A DNA stretch of 64,000 nt, from positions 317,589-381,588 of the forward strand of contig SHBP01000001.1 of assembly GCA_004211905.1 (NCBI GenBank), in the 5' to 3' direction. The notes beneath the pieces are model-generated. The model was not told the origin of the DNA. It did not search any database and was given only the letters and a program-made list of their open reading frames with translations. Position numbers and translations under genes: made by a program. Shown here piece after piece: positions 27,131 through 37,218 of this stretch. Within the stretch, counting starts at the first letter, position 1; the number at the start of each line of letters is the position of its first letter. The stretch is from SAR92 clade bacterium (lineage in GTDB: Bacteria; Pseudomonadota; Gammaproteobacteria; Pseudomonadales; Porticoccaceae).

Positions 27131-28348
27131 TCAGCCAAAATGTAATCGTCGATACTTGCCGCTAAAATATAAAAGTGGGTCACGGTGCGGTTCAAACTTT
27201 GCTCTCACCACTTCACCAATAAATATGGTGTGGTCACCCTGAATAATCATGTCTTTTTTTATGCATTCAAAACTCGCTAGCGATCCTTCAATAATCGGTA
27301 CATTTTGCTCCCAGGTACTCCAATCAATGTCTGCAAAACGATCAACCCCCTTAGAGGCAAATACATTTGAAGTAGACTGCTGCCCAGTATGTAACACATT
27401 AATACCAAATGATTTTTCAGCTCTAAAAGCATCTAGGCTGCCTACATGATTACCTAGACAAATTGATACTAACGGCGGGTCGAGAGAGACCGAACTAAAG
27501 GAATTGACTGTCAAGCCAATAGGTTTTTTCGTATCATCAAGCGTGGTTACCACAGTGATTCCAGTGACAAAACAACCCATTGCATCTCGCAGAGTTCGAG
27601 CGTCTGAGCCACTCACATATTGTAGTGGTTGATGGGGCACATGATTTTCTAAAAACTCTAATACCAGAGCACTGAATTCATCCCCCTTATCGAAAGCAAC
27701 ATAGTTGCCAGCCCCTTCAATTTCCGAGACTTCGGCTTGGGGAATTAATTTAGCGAAACGTTGCGTTGCGTCGGATGAACTTATTTGACTGTCGATACCG
27801 CGTACTAAAAGCGTGGGTAGTTTCAAGTTCTTGGCCGCGGGCTCAAGTTTGTTTTGCAATTTAATAAAATCGAAGCCACCTGCAAACAAACCTTGATCAA
27901 AATCCTCACTGGATGCTCGCTCGCTGACTGTTTTGGCAATACTTTTGTTGTTGAGGCTTTGGAACTCAGGCGGTGGATTGGTCAAAACCAGCCCAGTGGC
28001 AATGGGTGCGGAAGTATTACCCAATGCTGCTAAGCCGATCCAACCGCCAAAATTTGAGCCCACAACTACGGGACGAGACTCCAACTGAGCCAAAACTGCT
28101 ACCAAATCACCCATAAACGCATCTAGACTGTAATTGCAGTCCTTGGGACTATCACTGCCACCATGTCCTCGCAGATCTAAACTAATTACATAACGACCAG
28201 CCTGCGCTAGCGCCTTTGCCGCGCTCTCCCATACCTTGCGGGTCTGTGTTAGGCCAGGCAGCAAAACTACGCAGGGATGCTCTTCGCTACCGTACTCATC
28301 CGCAGTTAGCGCCACACCACCAACACCAATAAACTCTCTCATATTCAT
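27131..28348 (-). CDS. Alpha/beta-hydrolase-fold plus flavin-reductase fusion protein
   Basis: N-terminal DLRGHGGSD fold; C-terminal LRDAMGCFVTGITVVTT...GLTVNSFSSVSLDPPLV...GDHTIFIGEV. Start moved to 28348, right after the GST stop. Confidence 0.85.
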   Translation of the reverse strand: MNMREFIGVGGVALTADEYGSEEHPCVVLLPGLTQTRKVWESAAKALAQAGRYVISLDLRGHGGSDSPKDCNYSLDAFMGDLVAVLAQLESRPVVVGSNFGGWIGLAALGNTSAPIATGLVLTNPPPEFQSLNNKSIAKTVSERASSEDFDQGLFAGGFDFIKLQNKLEPAAKNLKLPTLLVRGIDSQISSSDATQRFAKLIPQAEVSEIEGAGNYVAFDKGDEFSALVLEFLENHVPHQPLQYVSGSDARTLRDAMGCFVTGITVVTTLDDTKKPIGLTVNSFSSVSLDPPLVSICLGNHVGSLDAFRAEKSFGINVLHTGQQSTSNVFASKGVDRFADIDWSTWEQNVPIIEGSLASFECIKKDMIIQGDHTIFIGEVVRAKFEPHRDPLLYFSGKYRRLHFG

Positions 28349-28349
28349 C

Positions 28350-28976
28350 CTACTGTTGGGTAAGTGCAGTAACGCTCGGTCGTGCCCCAACTGACTGGTA
28401 CCAGGCATTTAGATTGTCTAAACTCGACTCAGGTTTTAGGTCTACCATGGTACTAGCGAACTCAATCGCTGTATAAAGGGTAATATCGGCAATAGTAAAC
28501 CTATCACCTGCAACATAAGCATTCTGCCCAAACTCACGATCCAAGCGCTCAAAGTAATTGCGTGCCGCCACATCGCTGGCTGCCTTAGCTTCAGGTATCT
28601 GTTTGACCAACCCTAGTTGAGCAACGATTGGTCCATTTACCCAGGAGATACCGATTTCACGCCACATCTCGAACTCAATATGTCGATTTCTAGACTCAAT
28701 ATGGCCCAGCTCGAAAGGGCTGGCCCCAAGCAAATTTGGCTCTGGGAAGATGGCCTCTAAGTAGCGACAAATTGCCACAGACTCTGGAATACATCGGCCA
28801 TCTTCTAATTCGAGAACTGGAATTTTGCCACTGGGATTCTTCTTCAAAAACTCGGATGATTTGTGTTCTCCCCTACGCATATCACAGGCAACTAGTTCGA
28901 GCTCAATGCCCTTCTCGTTGGCAAATATTTTTACTCGCTTAGGATTTGGTGCATTCGGAAAATCATATAGTTTCAT
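28350..28976 (-). CDS. Glutathione S-transferase family protein
   Basis: APNPKRVKIF, NPSGKIPVLEL, ESVAICRYLE, GDRFTIADI. Confidence 0.9.
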   Translation of the reverse strand: MKLYDFPNAPNPKRVKIFANEKGIELELVACDMRRGEHKSSEFLKKNPSGKIPVLELEDGRCIPESVAICRYLEAIFPEPNLLGASPFELGHIESRNRHIEFEMWREIGISWVNGPIVAQLGLVKQIPEAKAASDVAARNYFERLDREFGQNAYVAGDRFTIADITLYTAIEFASTMVDLKPESSLDNLNAWYQSVGARPSVTALTQQ

Positions 28977-29033
28977 CAGTCGCTCCTGTTTGGAAAAGGG
29001 TTGTTAATAATCTTTCCAGTAGTCGATAAAGAT

Positions 29034-30062
29034 TCAATAGTCAGCCACTTTTACTAATTGTTTGCCCAGATTGGCTCCGCCCAACAGGCCGATAAACGCC
29101 GCCTCAGCACTATCTAACCCCTGCGCTATAGTCTCGGTATATTTAATCTCACCGTTAAGTACTTTTTCTGTTAGCAAGCCGGTAATCTGGTGATATTGAT
29201 CGTGCCACTCTCGGACCTGAAAATAGCGGAATTCAGGTGGCTCCGACAGTGCGCCAAAAATATCCATTGGTGTCTCCGCAGTGTTCAAATCCTGTGAATT
29301 ATAGGCCGACACATATCCACAAATTGGCACCCGTGCGCCCTTGTTTAGCAAGGGTGCAACAGCTTTGGCCACATCGCCACCGACATTCTCGAAATAAATA
29401 TCTATGCCATCAGGGCATACACTTTTAAGCCGGCCGGTCAGATCACCAGCTCTATAATCAACCGCGGCATCAAAGCCCATTTCATCCAATAAGAATTGGC
29501 ACTTTTGTGCGCCGCCAGCGATACCAACGGTACGACAACCTTGCGCCTTAGCAAGCTGTCCAACCACAGTACCCACTGAGCCGGCAGCTGCGGAAACTAC
29601 CAAGGTTTCTCCGCGCTTAGGTTTACCGATAAAAGTGAGACCGCTATAGGCAGTTCTACCAGTCATGCCGGCCGAGCCAAGAAAAACTGATAGTGGTAAA
29701 CCCTGATCATCAATATGGTAGATATTGTCCATGGACTCATGAGCTAGAAAATATTCCTGCCAGCCTGAAAAACAGGTTACAAAGTCTCCCTGCTTATATT
29801 TTTCGGACTTAGATTCGATAACCACCGATACAGTCTCGCCAACAATGACTTTACCAATACCGATAGGTTGTAGATAATTTTTGATGTCACTCATACGTGG
29901 CCGCATATAAGGGTCAAGCGACAACCAGATAGTTTTAAGTAAGAACTCTCCCTGACTTAATTCTCGGACGGGTTCGCTGAGCATGGAGAGATCTCCATCC
30001 CGCAAGTCACCCTGCGGCCGCCTATTTAGAACTATTTTCCGGTTGGTATATTCGCGCGTCAT
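29034..30062 (-). CDS. NADP-dependent alkenal/enone reductase (MDR family)
   Basis: LSLDPYMR, GMTGRTAY, VVSAAAGSVG.VVGQLAK, GIDIYFENVGG, GANLGKQLV. Confidence 0.9.
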   Translation of the reverse strand: MTREYTNRKIVLNRRPQGDLRDGDLSMLSEPVRELSQGEFLLKTIWLSLDPYMRPRMSDIKNYLQPIGIGKVIVGETVSVVIESKSEKYKQGDFVTCFSGWQEYFLAHESMDNIYHIDDQGLPLSVFLGSAGMTGRTAYSGLTFIGKPKRGETLVVSAAAGSVGTVVGQLAKAQGCRTVGIAGGAQKCQFLLDEMGFDAAVDYRAGDLTGRLKSVCPDGIDIYFENVGGDVAKAVAPLLNKGARVPICGYVSAYNSQDLNTAETPMDIFGALSEPPEFRYFQVREWHDQYHQITGLLTEKVLNGEIKYTETIAQGLDSAEAAFIGLLGGANLGKQLVKVADY

Positions 30063-30317
30063 TGTTAACCCTCAGATAGATTTAAAATTTTATTCCAGTG
30101 CCATGTTCATCGAATAATAGAGCCAAGCTATATTATACATATACTATAATATAGAGGTAGGCAAGTATAGTCCGCAAAGGACACGTTTTAGTATAAAAGT
30201 GTCTTTTTGTTATTGAATAGCACTCAGAGGATTGAACTCAATAATAGACTTTTAAGATGGGTACACGCAGGCGTGCTCAACTGTAAGCACGCGAGTTAGA
30301 CGAGTAGACAATAAACT

Positions 30318-30923
30318 TTAGCTGTCGGTAACTACATAGGGAGCCGCGAACCCTCCCAGAATAAAACTGACGGTATTGTCAATCAAGCGCTGTCTGCTGC
30401 GTCCCGATCGATTCACTTTTTCAGCAGCGGCAATAGAAGCCGCGGAGCCCATGTAGAGGAGATGCTCTGCCTGCTCTAACGTCATCGTACGATTCTCTTC
30501 AATGACTCTCTCGATTAAAGTTCGACCAATCTCTTTGTGGTTCCTCTTTATCGTTTTAGCAACTGCCTCTCTTAGATCAGCCTGACTGAGCAGCACATCT
30601 CGTACATTTCCAGATTCAGATTGCTCAAAGTTAACCTCAACAAAGACTCTTACAAGTTCCTCAAAACTTTGAGTACTGGCTACTTTAGCCCTAATCTTCA
30701 AACGAAAATCTTCTAGTTCCCGCAACAAAAGCTCTTTAAAGATCTCTTGCCGGGAGTCGAAATATTTATAGACCAATGGGTTGCTCACACCGGCTGCCTT
30801 AGCCAGAGTCTCCATCGTAAATCCTGCAAATCCCATATCTTCGATAATTGCCGCTGCCGTGTCCAGAAGCTGTGATCGTCTTCCTTCCTTCGACAAACGG
30901 GTTCGAGGTTTTTGTGCCATCAA
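30318..30923 (-). CDS. TetR/AcrR-family regulator
   Basis: RTRLSKEGRRSQLLDTA...FTMETLAKAAGVSNPLVYKYF. Confidence 0.9.
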   Translation of the reverse strand: MMAQKPRTRLSKEGRRSQLLDTAAAIIEDMGFAGFTMETLAKAAGVSNPLVYKYFDSRQEIFKELLLRELEDFRLKIRAKVASTQSFEELVRVFVEVNFEQSESGNVRDVLLSQADLREAVAKTIKRNHKEIGRTLIERVIEENRTMTLEQAEHLLYMGSAASIAAAEKVNRSGRSRQRLIDNTVSFILGGFAAPYVVTDS

Positions 30924-30991
30924 TGTACTACCTTGCCTATGTGCACCCCGAAGAGGCGCACTGAAGCGTTCATTCTAACCGCTATTTTGGC

Positions 30992-32524
30992 TTATGTCGC
31001 CTTGGCTTTAGGCTGTTGTTGATTTCGCTTATGCTCTTCGATGCCAGCAATGATTTTGATATGCATGGAATGGGTCAAATGATATTTCCCATAAAAGAAT
31101 ACGGCGACAAACGACGCTATACCCATAATGGGCCCAGCCAGTATACCCATTCGAAATAACACGTCTGCGTCAACAGCTCCCGGAACCGCTAGCGATGGGA
31201 AACGAACAAATTTGTCCAGCCCTACGCCACCCACCAAGTGACCAAAGGAAAACGAAGCTTTAGCAAAAAAGGCTCTTGCAGAATAGAATAACCCTTCCTG
31301 GCGCAAACCTGTCTCCAACTCGTTTTCATCTACCACATCACCAATCATAGACATCATAGCGACAGCACCAAGGCCAATCACAAACGCGAATACGCCTGCG
31401 TTGCAGAGCAGCAGTGGTAGCAATGTAGCGCTATGATTGTCAGGCATTAAATCGAGCAATCTCAAATCCACAACCAGTTGAGCAGTAATCGCCATACAAA
31501 TCAGAGAGAAGATTACCACAGGCTTGCGATCGAACTTGCGCATTAACACAGGTGAAATTAAAGCACCAAATAAGGCACAGGGTGCCGACACTAGTCCAAA
31601 CCAGCGAATTTGTCCCGGCACGAGCTCCCAAAAGTAAGTGTTCATAAAAACACCTAAAGTATCGTAGATTCCGCTAGCAATCATAAAGAAAAAGTAACCG
31701 GCAAGTAGTACGACATAATTGCGGCACTTTAATGTGAGCAATATCTCTTTAAAGAAACCTTTAAAAGAGAGCGGTTGTTGCTTTGGTGGCTCGGATAGTG
31801 ATGGCACATGCTTATACGTGCCTGCAGCGGTAGTCCAAATCGCCACTAGAACCAAACTACAAGCTAACAATATCAAAGGAGCATAGGAGGCTGCATTTAA
31901 GTGCCCCGGAACTACCACGCCATCAACAGCTCTTATATGGTCGCCATCAAAGAATACGCCCCAAGCCAAAAATCCAAACAAGGCACCAGTTACATAGGAA
32001 AATGCAGAATTGGCACTAAACAATCTGGAACGTTGATTTTGGTTCTTTGACATTTCACCCCCCAGGGCGAGATGCGGAATTGAATAGAGTGTTAAGAATA
32101 CCCGACTAAAAATAGTGCAGGAGGCTAACCATGCGAACAGGACATAATTAGTGAAATTATCTACTTCATTCAGAATGGCTTCAGGCGGATTGAAAATTGC
32201 GTAGATTGCCAGCGCCAAGGGTATGGGCGCAGCAAATAGAAATGGATGTCGTCGTCCGTGCTTGGATTTCCATTTGTCTGAAATTATCCCAATCAATGGG
32301 TCGGTGATCGCATCAACCAGCAGGGCCACGAAGATCGCAATACCGATGAGGGTATTCGATAGTCCAATTACCTGGTTATAAAAAATAGTAATAAAGGTAT
32401 TGAACAGCCCCAAGTAAACTGCCTCACCTGCGGCCCCAATACCAAATGCGGCGACTGACCAACGAGATAGTTTTTCGTCGATCTTTGTTCTTAGACCAGT
32501 ATCCTGCGTCTTAATAGGAGTCAT
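30992..32524 (-). CDS. MFS transporter (GPH/MelB-like)
   Basis: DAITDPLIG.ISD....GRRHPF, IPHLALG.E, D..DENEL.TG.RQEG.F. Confidence 0.9.
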   Translation of the reverse strand: MTPIKTQDTGLRTKIDEKLSRWSVAAFGIGAAGEAVYLGLFNTFITIFYNQVIGLSNTLIGIAIFVALLVDAITDPLIGIISDKWKSKHGRRHPFLFAAPIPLALAIYAIFNPPEAILNEVDNFTNYVLFAWLASCTIFSRVFLTLYSIPHLALGGEMSKNQNQRSRLFSANSAFSYVTGALFGFLAWGVFFDGDHIRAVDGVVVPGHLNAASYAPLILLACSLVLVAIWTTAAGTYKHVPSLSEPPKQQPLSFKGFFKEILLTLKCRNYVVLLAGYFFFMIASGIYDTLGVFMNTYFWELVPGQIRWFGLVSAPCALFGALISPVLMRKFDRKPVVIFSLICMAITAQLVVDLRLLDLMPDNHSATLLPLLLCNAGVFAFVIGLGAVAMMSMIGDVVDENELETGLRQEGLFYSARAFFAKASFSFGHLVGGVGLDKFVRFPSLAVPGAVDADVLFRMGILAGPIMGIASFVAVFFYGKYHLTHSMHIKIIAGIEEHKRNQQQPKAKAT

Positions 32525-32607
32525 GAATCGTAATCAGCCCTTTTTTTGAATGGCAAGTACCGCCACATTCAAGTATCGAAATTAGCCTAGCATTTTTCAA
32601 ACCGAAA

Positions 32608-33768
32608 CTATGCCAAAGACATCAAGGCCTGCATGTTGCCATGATAAAACTTACTCATGGTGGCTTCATCACAGCCTTCCATTGTAGCTTCGAACTTGCT
32701 GATAGGATCTGACCCACCCTCTGGATGCGGATAGTCCGATGCGTAGCAAATCATATCCGGACTGGTATTTTCAATGATCCATCCAACGGGTTCACCGGCA
32801 AAGGGCGAAAACTTAAGACATCGTCTCGCTGTATCTGAGGGTTTTTCCACAAACTCTCGACGCGGCACATAAGCTCCGTAGGTAAAGTCTAGCGACTTTA
32901 GCCAGGATGGAACCCAAAATGCACCATGCTCCATACACATGCCTCGTAGACTGGGGTGACGATCAAAGACGCCGTCAAAAATTAGCGCCGACAGAAATAG
33001 TTCAGCCGAATTTTTTATCGTTATCAGACCGAGCTCGCCTGCAGGCGCATCGCCACCCAGCGCAATAGTATTCTTGCCATTGCGCTTAAAGCTTTTTGGC
33101 ACAGCTTCATAATGACCATTGGCGGCCACATGTATTCCAAAGGGTACCCTCTGCTCTACAAAACCTGCCCAGACAGGGTCAAAGTCTGGATGAGCAAAAC
33201 TAATCTTGTCATCGTTGGGCTCATTGGTGTCAATCATAAAGGTATAACAACCGTCATCGAAGCCCTGTTTCATTAGCTCCAGCGCCCTCTCTGGCCCTAG
33301 GGTATAGGGTAAATACCCAATGGCAAGCAAGCGATCATCATGGGCACAAAAGTCAGCCATAGCCTTATTTAGGGTACGAGCGCCTGCATAGAGTGCGTCC
33401 ATATCACCCACATGGGCCACCTGATGAAATGAGAAAGTGGGTAGCACCCATTGCTTCTCATAACCAAACAGATCCAGTGCATGGGAGCGCTCTTGAGGGT
33501 CAAATGCGCCAATTCGGGACCAACCACCCAGGTTGTTGCTGACAATAATATCCTCGCATTCTTGCTTAACGGTGGCATCATGCTTGCGCCGCTCGAACAG
33601 CTCTACGCCGTCATCATATTTTTGCCTATCAATTGGTAGCTCTGTTTGATCATCCATTTTTTGCAGCAGTTCTATATCAGCTTCTCTGGCCGCCTTTATT
33701 AGAAAGTCATCTAGCTCTATAACATGACTGTCGGCATCAATGATCTTGCGGTGTTGTGCGTAACTCAT
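32608..33768 (-). CDS. Amidohydrolase_2-family metallohydrolase
   Basis: IDADSH, GVFDRHP.L, YASDYPHPEG. Confidence 0.9.
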   Translation of the reverse strand: MSYAQHRKIIDADSHVIELDDFLIKAAREADIELLQKMDDQTELPIDRQKYDDGVELFERRKHDATVKQECEDIIVSNNLGGWSRIGAFDPQERSHALDLFGYEKQWVLPTFSFHQVAHVGDMDALYAGARTLNKAMADFCAHDDRLLAIGYLPYTLGPERALELMKQGFDDGCYTFMIDTNEPNDDKISFAHPDFDPVWAGFVEQRVPFGIHVAANGHYEAVPKSFKRNGKNTIALGGDAPAGELGLITIKNSAELFLSALIFDGVFDRHPSLRGMCMEHGAFWVPSWLKSLDFTYGAYVPRREFVEKPSDTARRCLKFSPFAGEPVGWIIENTSPDMICYASDYPHPEGGSDPISKFEATMEGCDEATMSKFYHGNMQALMSLA

Positions 33769-33836
33769 AAGCTACTCCTTTTTTACTAATTCTGGTTTTT
33801 GAGAAGAGTTCGCCTGTATATGCTTTTCAATAAAGG

Positions 33837-34991
33837 CTACAAATCTAAACTTTCTGTCAGATGCTGGTGGAAATTAACAATCGCTTTTTCAAAGTAGCCA
33901 AAGGTCAAATGGCTATTGGCTTGGGCTGTTACCGTCTGCTGAATTAAGCAGGCCGCTTCTCGGTCTTCATCCTGGCCTGATTCATTAACAAACTGGGCAT
34001 CTTTTTTAACATCCTCAAGAGAAATTGGGTTCTCAGAAGTTTGTTCAGGGGTTACCAAATAAATCACCATCTGAGTGCTACTGGGGCTCAGTGGCTCCAT
34101 AATAGTCAAGTTTGAATGTTTGGATAGTACTGAGACACTAGCATTGGGAAAAAGATGGTAGACAGAGGTCAGCATCCCTGCAGCTCTGCGCTTTTCTGCA
34201 GGCACATCTCGTAACTTTTCAATGCGTCGGAAAGGAAAAGTTACTCGAGCATTAGCACCGTATGTCTCGACCAAATTGACATTATCTAAGCCATAGGGGA
34301 AGAACGACTTCCTATGCAGTGATTTAATATGGTAGCCCTCTAGGAGAGTTTCGGTTAACAACTTCCAATTGGCTGGGTCTGTATTTTCTGACTGTTTAAA
34401 CAGCTCCTGCTCGGGAGTAAAATAGTCACGGCTATTTTCTAGCATCTGTGGACTGATGGTTCCCTCCTGCATCACATAGACAAGACCGCCCTTTTCCATA
34501 GCGCTTACCTCCACCAGACTGTGATCTTCAATGTCAAGACCAGGAAATCCCTCTTCACCAGGGATAAATTTGAGTGAACCATCAAGGCCGTAAAACCAAG
34601 CATGATAGGGGCAGACAAAGCCATTAGCGCGTCCAGTACCACTAGCTATTTGCATACCACGATGCCGACAAGCATTAATAAAAGCTCTAACCTTGCCATC
34701 TTTCCCACGTGCTACTACCAGTGGGGTACCCGCCGATTTGCGAGCAATATAGCTCCCTTGTTCGGGTAGCGCCGCGGAGGGGCAAAAGGGTATTGGCAGA
34801 CTGCGCAATAGCGCTATTTCAGCATCAAATCGCTCTTGGGAATGATAGTTTTCAACAGGTTCTTGCCAAACAGTATCACCAAGGTCAGTTGTGCCATTAT
34901 CGATATGGGTAAAGACTCTCTCTATCGCCTCCTGGTCATTTAAAAGTGACACGGTCGGAATAATATTGGACTCTGGTTCTGAAGATGACAT
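33837..34991 (-). CDS. Rieske non-heme iron oxygenase, alpha subunit
   Basis: NACRHRG...CPYHAW Rieske ligands; NWK...E..LEGYH...LH mononuclear Fe site. Confidence 0.9.
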   Translation of the reverse strand: MSSSEPESNIIPTVSLLNDQEAIERVFTHIDNGTTDLGDTVWQEPVENYHSQERFDAEIALLRSLPIPFCPSAALPEQGSYIARKSAGTPLVVARGKDGKVRAFINACRHRGMQIASGTGRANGFVCPYHAWFYGLDGSLKFIPGEEGFPGLDIEDHSLVEVSAMEKGGLVYVMQEGTISPQMLENSRDYFTPEQELFKQSENTDPANWKLLTETLLEGYHIKSLHRKSFFPYGLDNVNLVETYGANARVTFPFRRIEKLRDVPAEKRRAAGMLTSVYHLFPNASVSVLSKHSNLTIMEPLSPSSTQMVIYLVTPEQTSENPISLEDVKKDAQFVNESGQDEDREAACLIQQTVTAQANSHLTFGYFEKAIVNFHQHLTESLDL

Positions 34992-35742
34992 TGGAAAAAC
35001 CTACTTTTAAATTTTAAAAATTTTTAGACAATTAAATTGAGTAATGCTGCTAAAAAATTTAGCGTCATCGCTGACACTTTTTTGTACCTCTAAGGTACCT
35101 TTAACGGGCGATTAGGTCAACCTTAATATAGAAACTATATATTAATATATTAGCCAATTTTAATTTAAATTGATGAAGTCAGTTCACTCGAACGCGAACT
35201 CAAGATTATCGATTATTAGAGACGGCACCGCGGACTATAGTTTGGATGCGATCACCACCGATAACACTAAAGTTTTCTACTGCAGCATTAGATGCACCCG
35301 AAGCAAACTTCGCTATTACTCTTGCTTCTTTGCGCCCCTTAATAAGTCGCTAAAGTTACGTTCCCTATCGATATAGTTTTGTTATACCAATCCTATAATA
35401 AATCTTGATATCTCCAGACTTTAAGCCTATCGTATTGGTGAGTTTTTAAAATCAATTGTTGACCGCTGCGTGTCAGAATTTCAAGCACGATATTATATTC
35501 GAGCACTGAAAATTCCAACCACAAAGCATGCATTTGGGGCATGCAGTTGTAATGGGTATGGTCAGACATTTTGGTGGATCTAACACTAATCTTTTCCAAT
35601 TACATCCCAATTACCGAAGGCTGAAACTACGTGGTAGCAATGTACCGACCAAGAGCTGAGTTACTCAATGGCACTTCGACATTCCCCAAGGTTACCGAGA
35701 TAAAATAATACTATGAACATAATCAGAGGCAGCGGCAGTATC

Positions 35743-36912
35743 ATGACTAAACCCATAGCAAAATCCTGTGTTGTGAGCCTGGCGTTTTTAATCGCCGGAT
35801 GCGGCGACTCATCCATCACAAAAGTGGCGCCAGGAGGTATCTTCATTACCGAATTAATGTCTGTATCGGCAGCCAGCGAGCCCCAGTGGTTTGAGCTCTA
35901 TAACAGCACCGACGCCTCGATCAACCTTCAGGATTGTGAAATCACTAATTCTCAGGACCAGGCATTTACCATTACTGATAGCCTGGTTATGGAAGCTCAG
36001 CAATATGCAGTGATTGCCAATCAAAACCCTAGAGCAGACTTCACCTATCAGTCTGATCTATTTGAGTTACCTCCAGCCGGCGGCATAAGTCTGACCTGCA
36101 ATGGTAGCCTTATTGATAAAATGACTTATCAAATTGGCCCGCCGACCATTGCTGCAACAGCCAGATCTTGGCAGTTAATACCGGATACCGATAGCAACCA
36201 AGCCCAGAGTGCTGAGGCAAATGATAAGGTAGAAAATTGGTGCTATACCATTTTGATCGAAGATTACATGATTGGAGATCGGCGATTTGCGACGCCAGGA
36301 AGAGCCAACTCCGTCTGCGAATCGGTTATGCCCTATGTGAGTTATAACGATCAAGAATCAGTGTTGATTGAGGGCATTGATTTGGCTGCAACGCTAAAGG
36401 TTGCAGAGGCAGAATTTGCCCGCGAGTTATCTACATCAGAATTACCAATATGGGCGATTAGAGACCAAGTGGTTACACCTGAAATCGCCGCTAAAATAGC
36501 CCAGCTGTACTTCGACAATATCGAGATGCTCTATACTACAGAGCCATTTACTATCATTGACTGGAACCATGCCGTATGGCATTTTTCGTGGGCAATCTCT
36601 AACCTATATCGCAATGGTGACACCGCAGTCAAAGCCGCATTACAGCTGGCTTATGAAGATGCAATTACCCGGCCAGAAACCCTTGAGCGCTACAACCATA
36701 TTGCGATTCACCATATCCGAAATGATACTGTGGTGATGGGCGATATTCATACGCCGGCTCACAATCGTATGCGGCAGCTTGTTGTGGCGCCAGGCAATCC
36801 AGCATACCTGCAAAGCTTTGCAGAGTACGAAGAAAATAAAAGAAGTGCCTTTGCGCTAACAACGATCGATATTGTGTACCGGGCAAAGATTTTTTTTGAA
36901 GGTTTGTTGTGA
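35743..36912 (+). CDS. Lipoprotein with lamin-tail-like domain and unknown C-terminal domain
   Basis: LIAGC lipobox, IFITELM...QWFELYN.T...INL, ATPGRAN. Start at 35743 or 35713. Confidence 0.75.
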   Translation: MTKPIAKSCVVSLAFLIAGCGDSSITKVAPGGIFITELMSVSAASEPQWFELYNSTDASINLQDCEITNSQDQAFTITDSLVMEAQQYAVIANQNPRADFTYQSDLFELPPAGGISLTCNGSLIDKMTYQIGPPTIAATARSWQLIPDTDSNQAQSAEANDKVENWCYTILIEDYMIGDRRFATPGRANSVCESVMPYVSYNDQESVLIEGIDLAATLKVAEAEFARELSTSELPIWAIRDQVVTPEIAAKIAQLYFDNIEMLYTTEPFTIIDWNHAVWHFSWAISNLYRNGDTAVKAALQLAYEDAITRPETLERYNHIAIHHIRNDTVVMGDIHTPAHNRMRQLVVAPGNPAYLQSFAEYEENKRSAFALTTIDIVYRAKIFFEGLL

Positions 36913-37218
36913 GGACATTTTTTTAAAAGCTTGATCAATCGACACCGTCTCACCGCGCTGGAGGCTATAAGTTAGGGTGCTATTTTTTGGTTTACCGCTA
37001 CATCAGTGCCTAACGTCTCATCTCATTTCACAGCAGCATTTTTAAGAATATACCAAAGTTGACTCACATGGCTTTAAAAGTTAGCCTTAACTTTATTGTT
37101 ATAATCGTCAATAATAGTTAATTGTCCTTTATGCGCTGTATTTTATGGTTAAAAGGCGATTAATATTATAACTACAACTAGCATTATGCTTATTTAACAA
37201 CAAATATAAGGGATTTAA

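Noticed and set aside
35170-35599. Two 68-aa ORFs and other short frames between the Rieske and LTD genes
   Set aside because: No RBS, motif or recognisable family; may be decayed DNA but cannot be supported.
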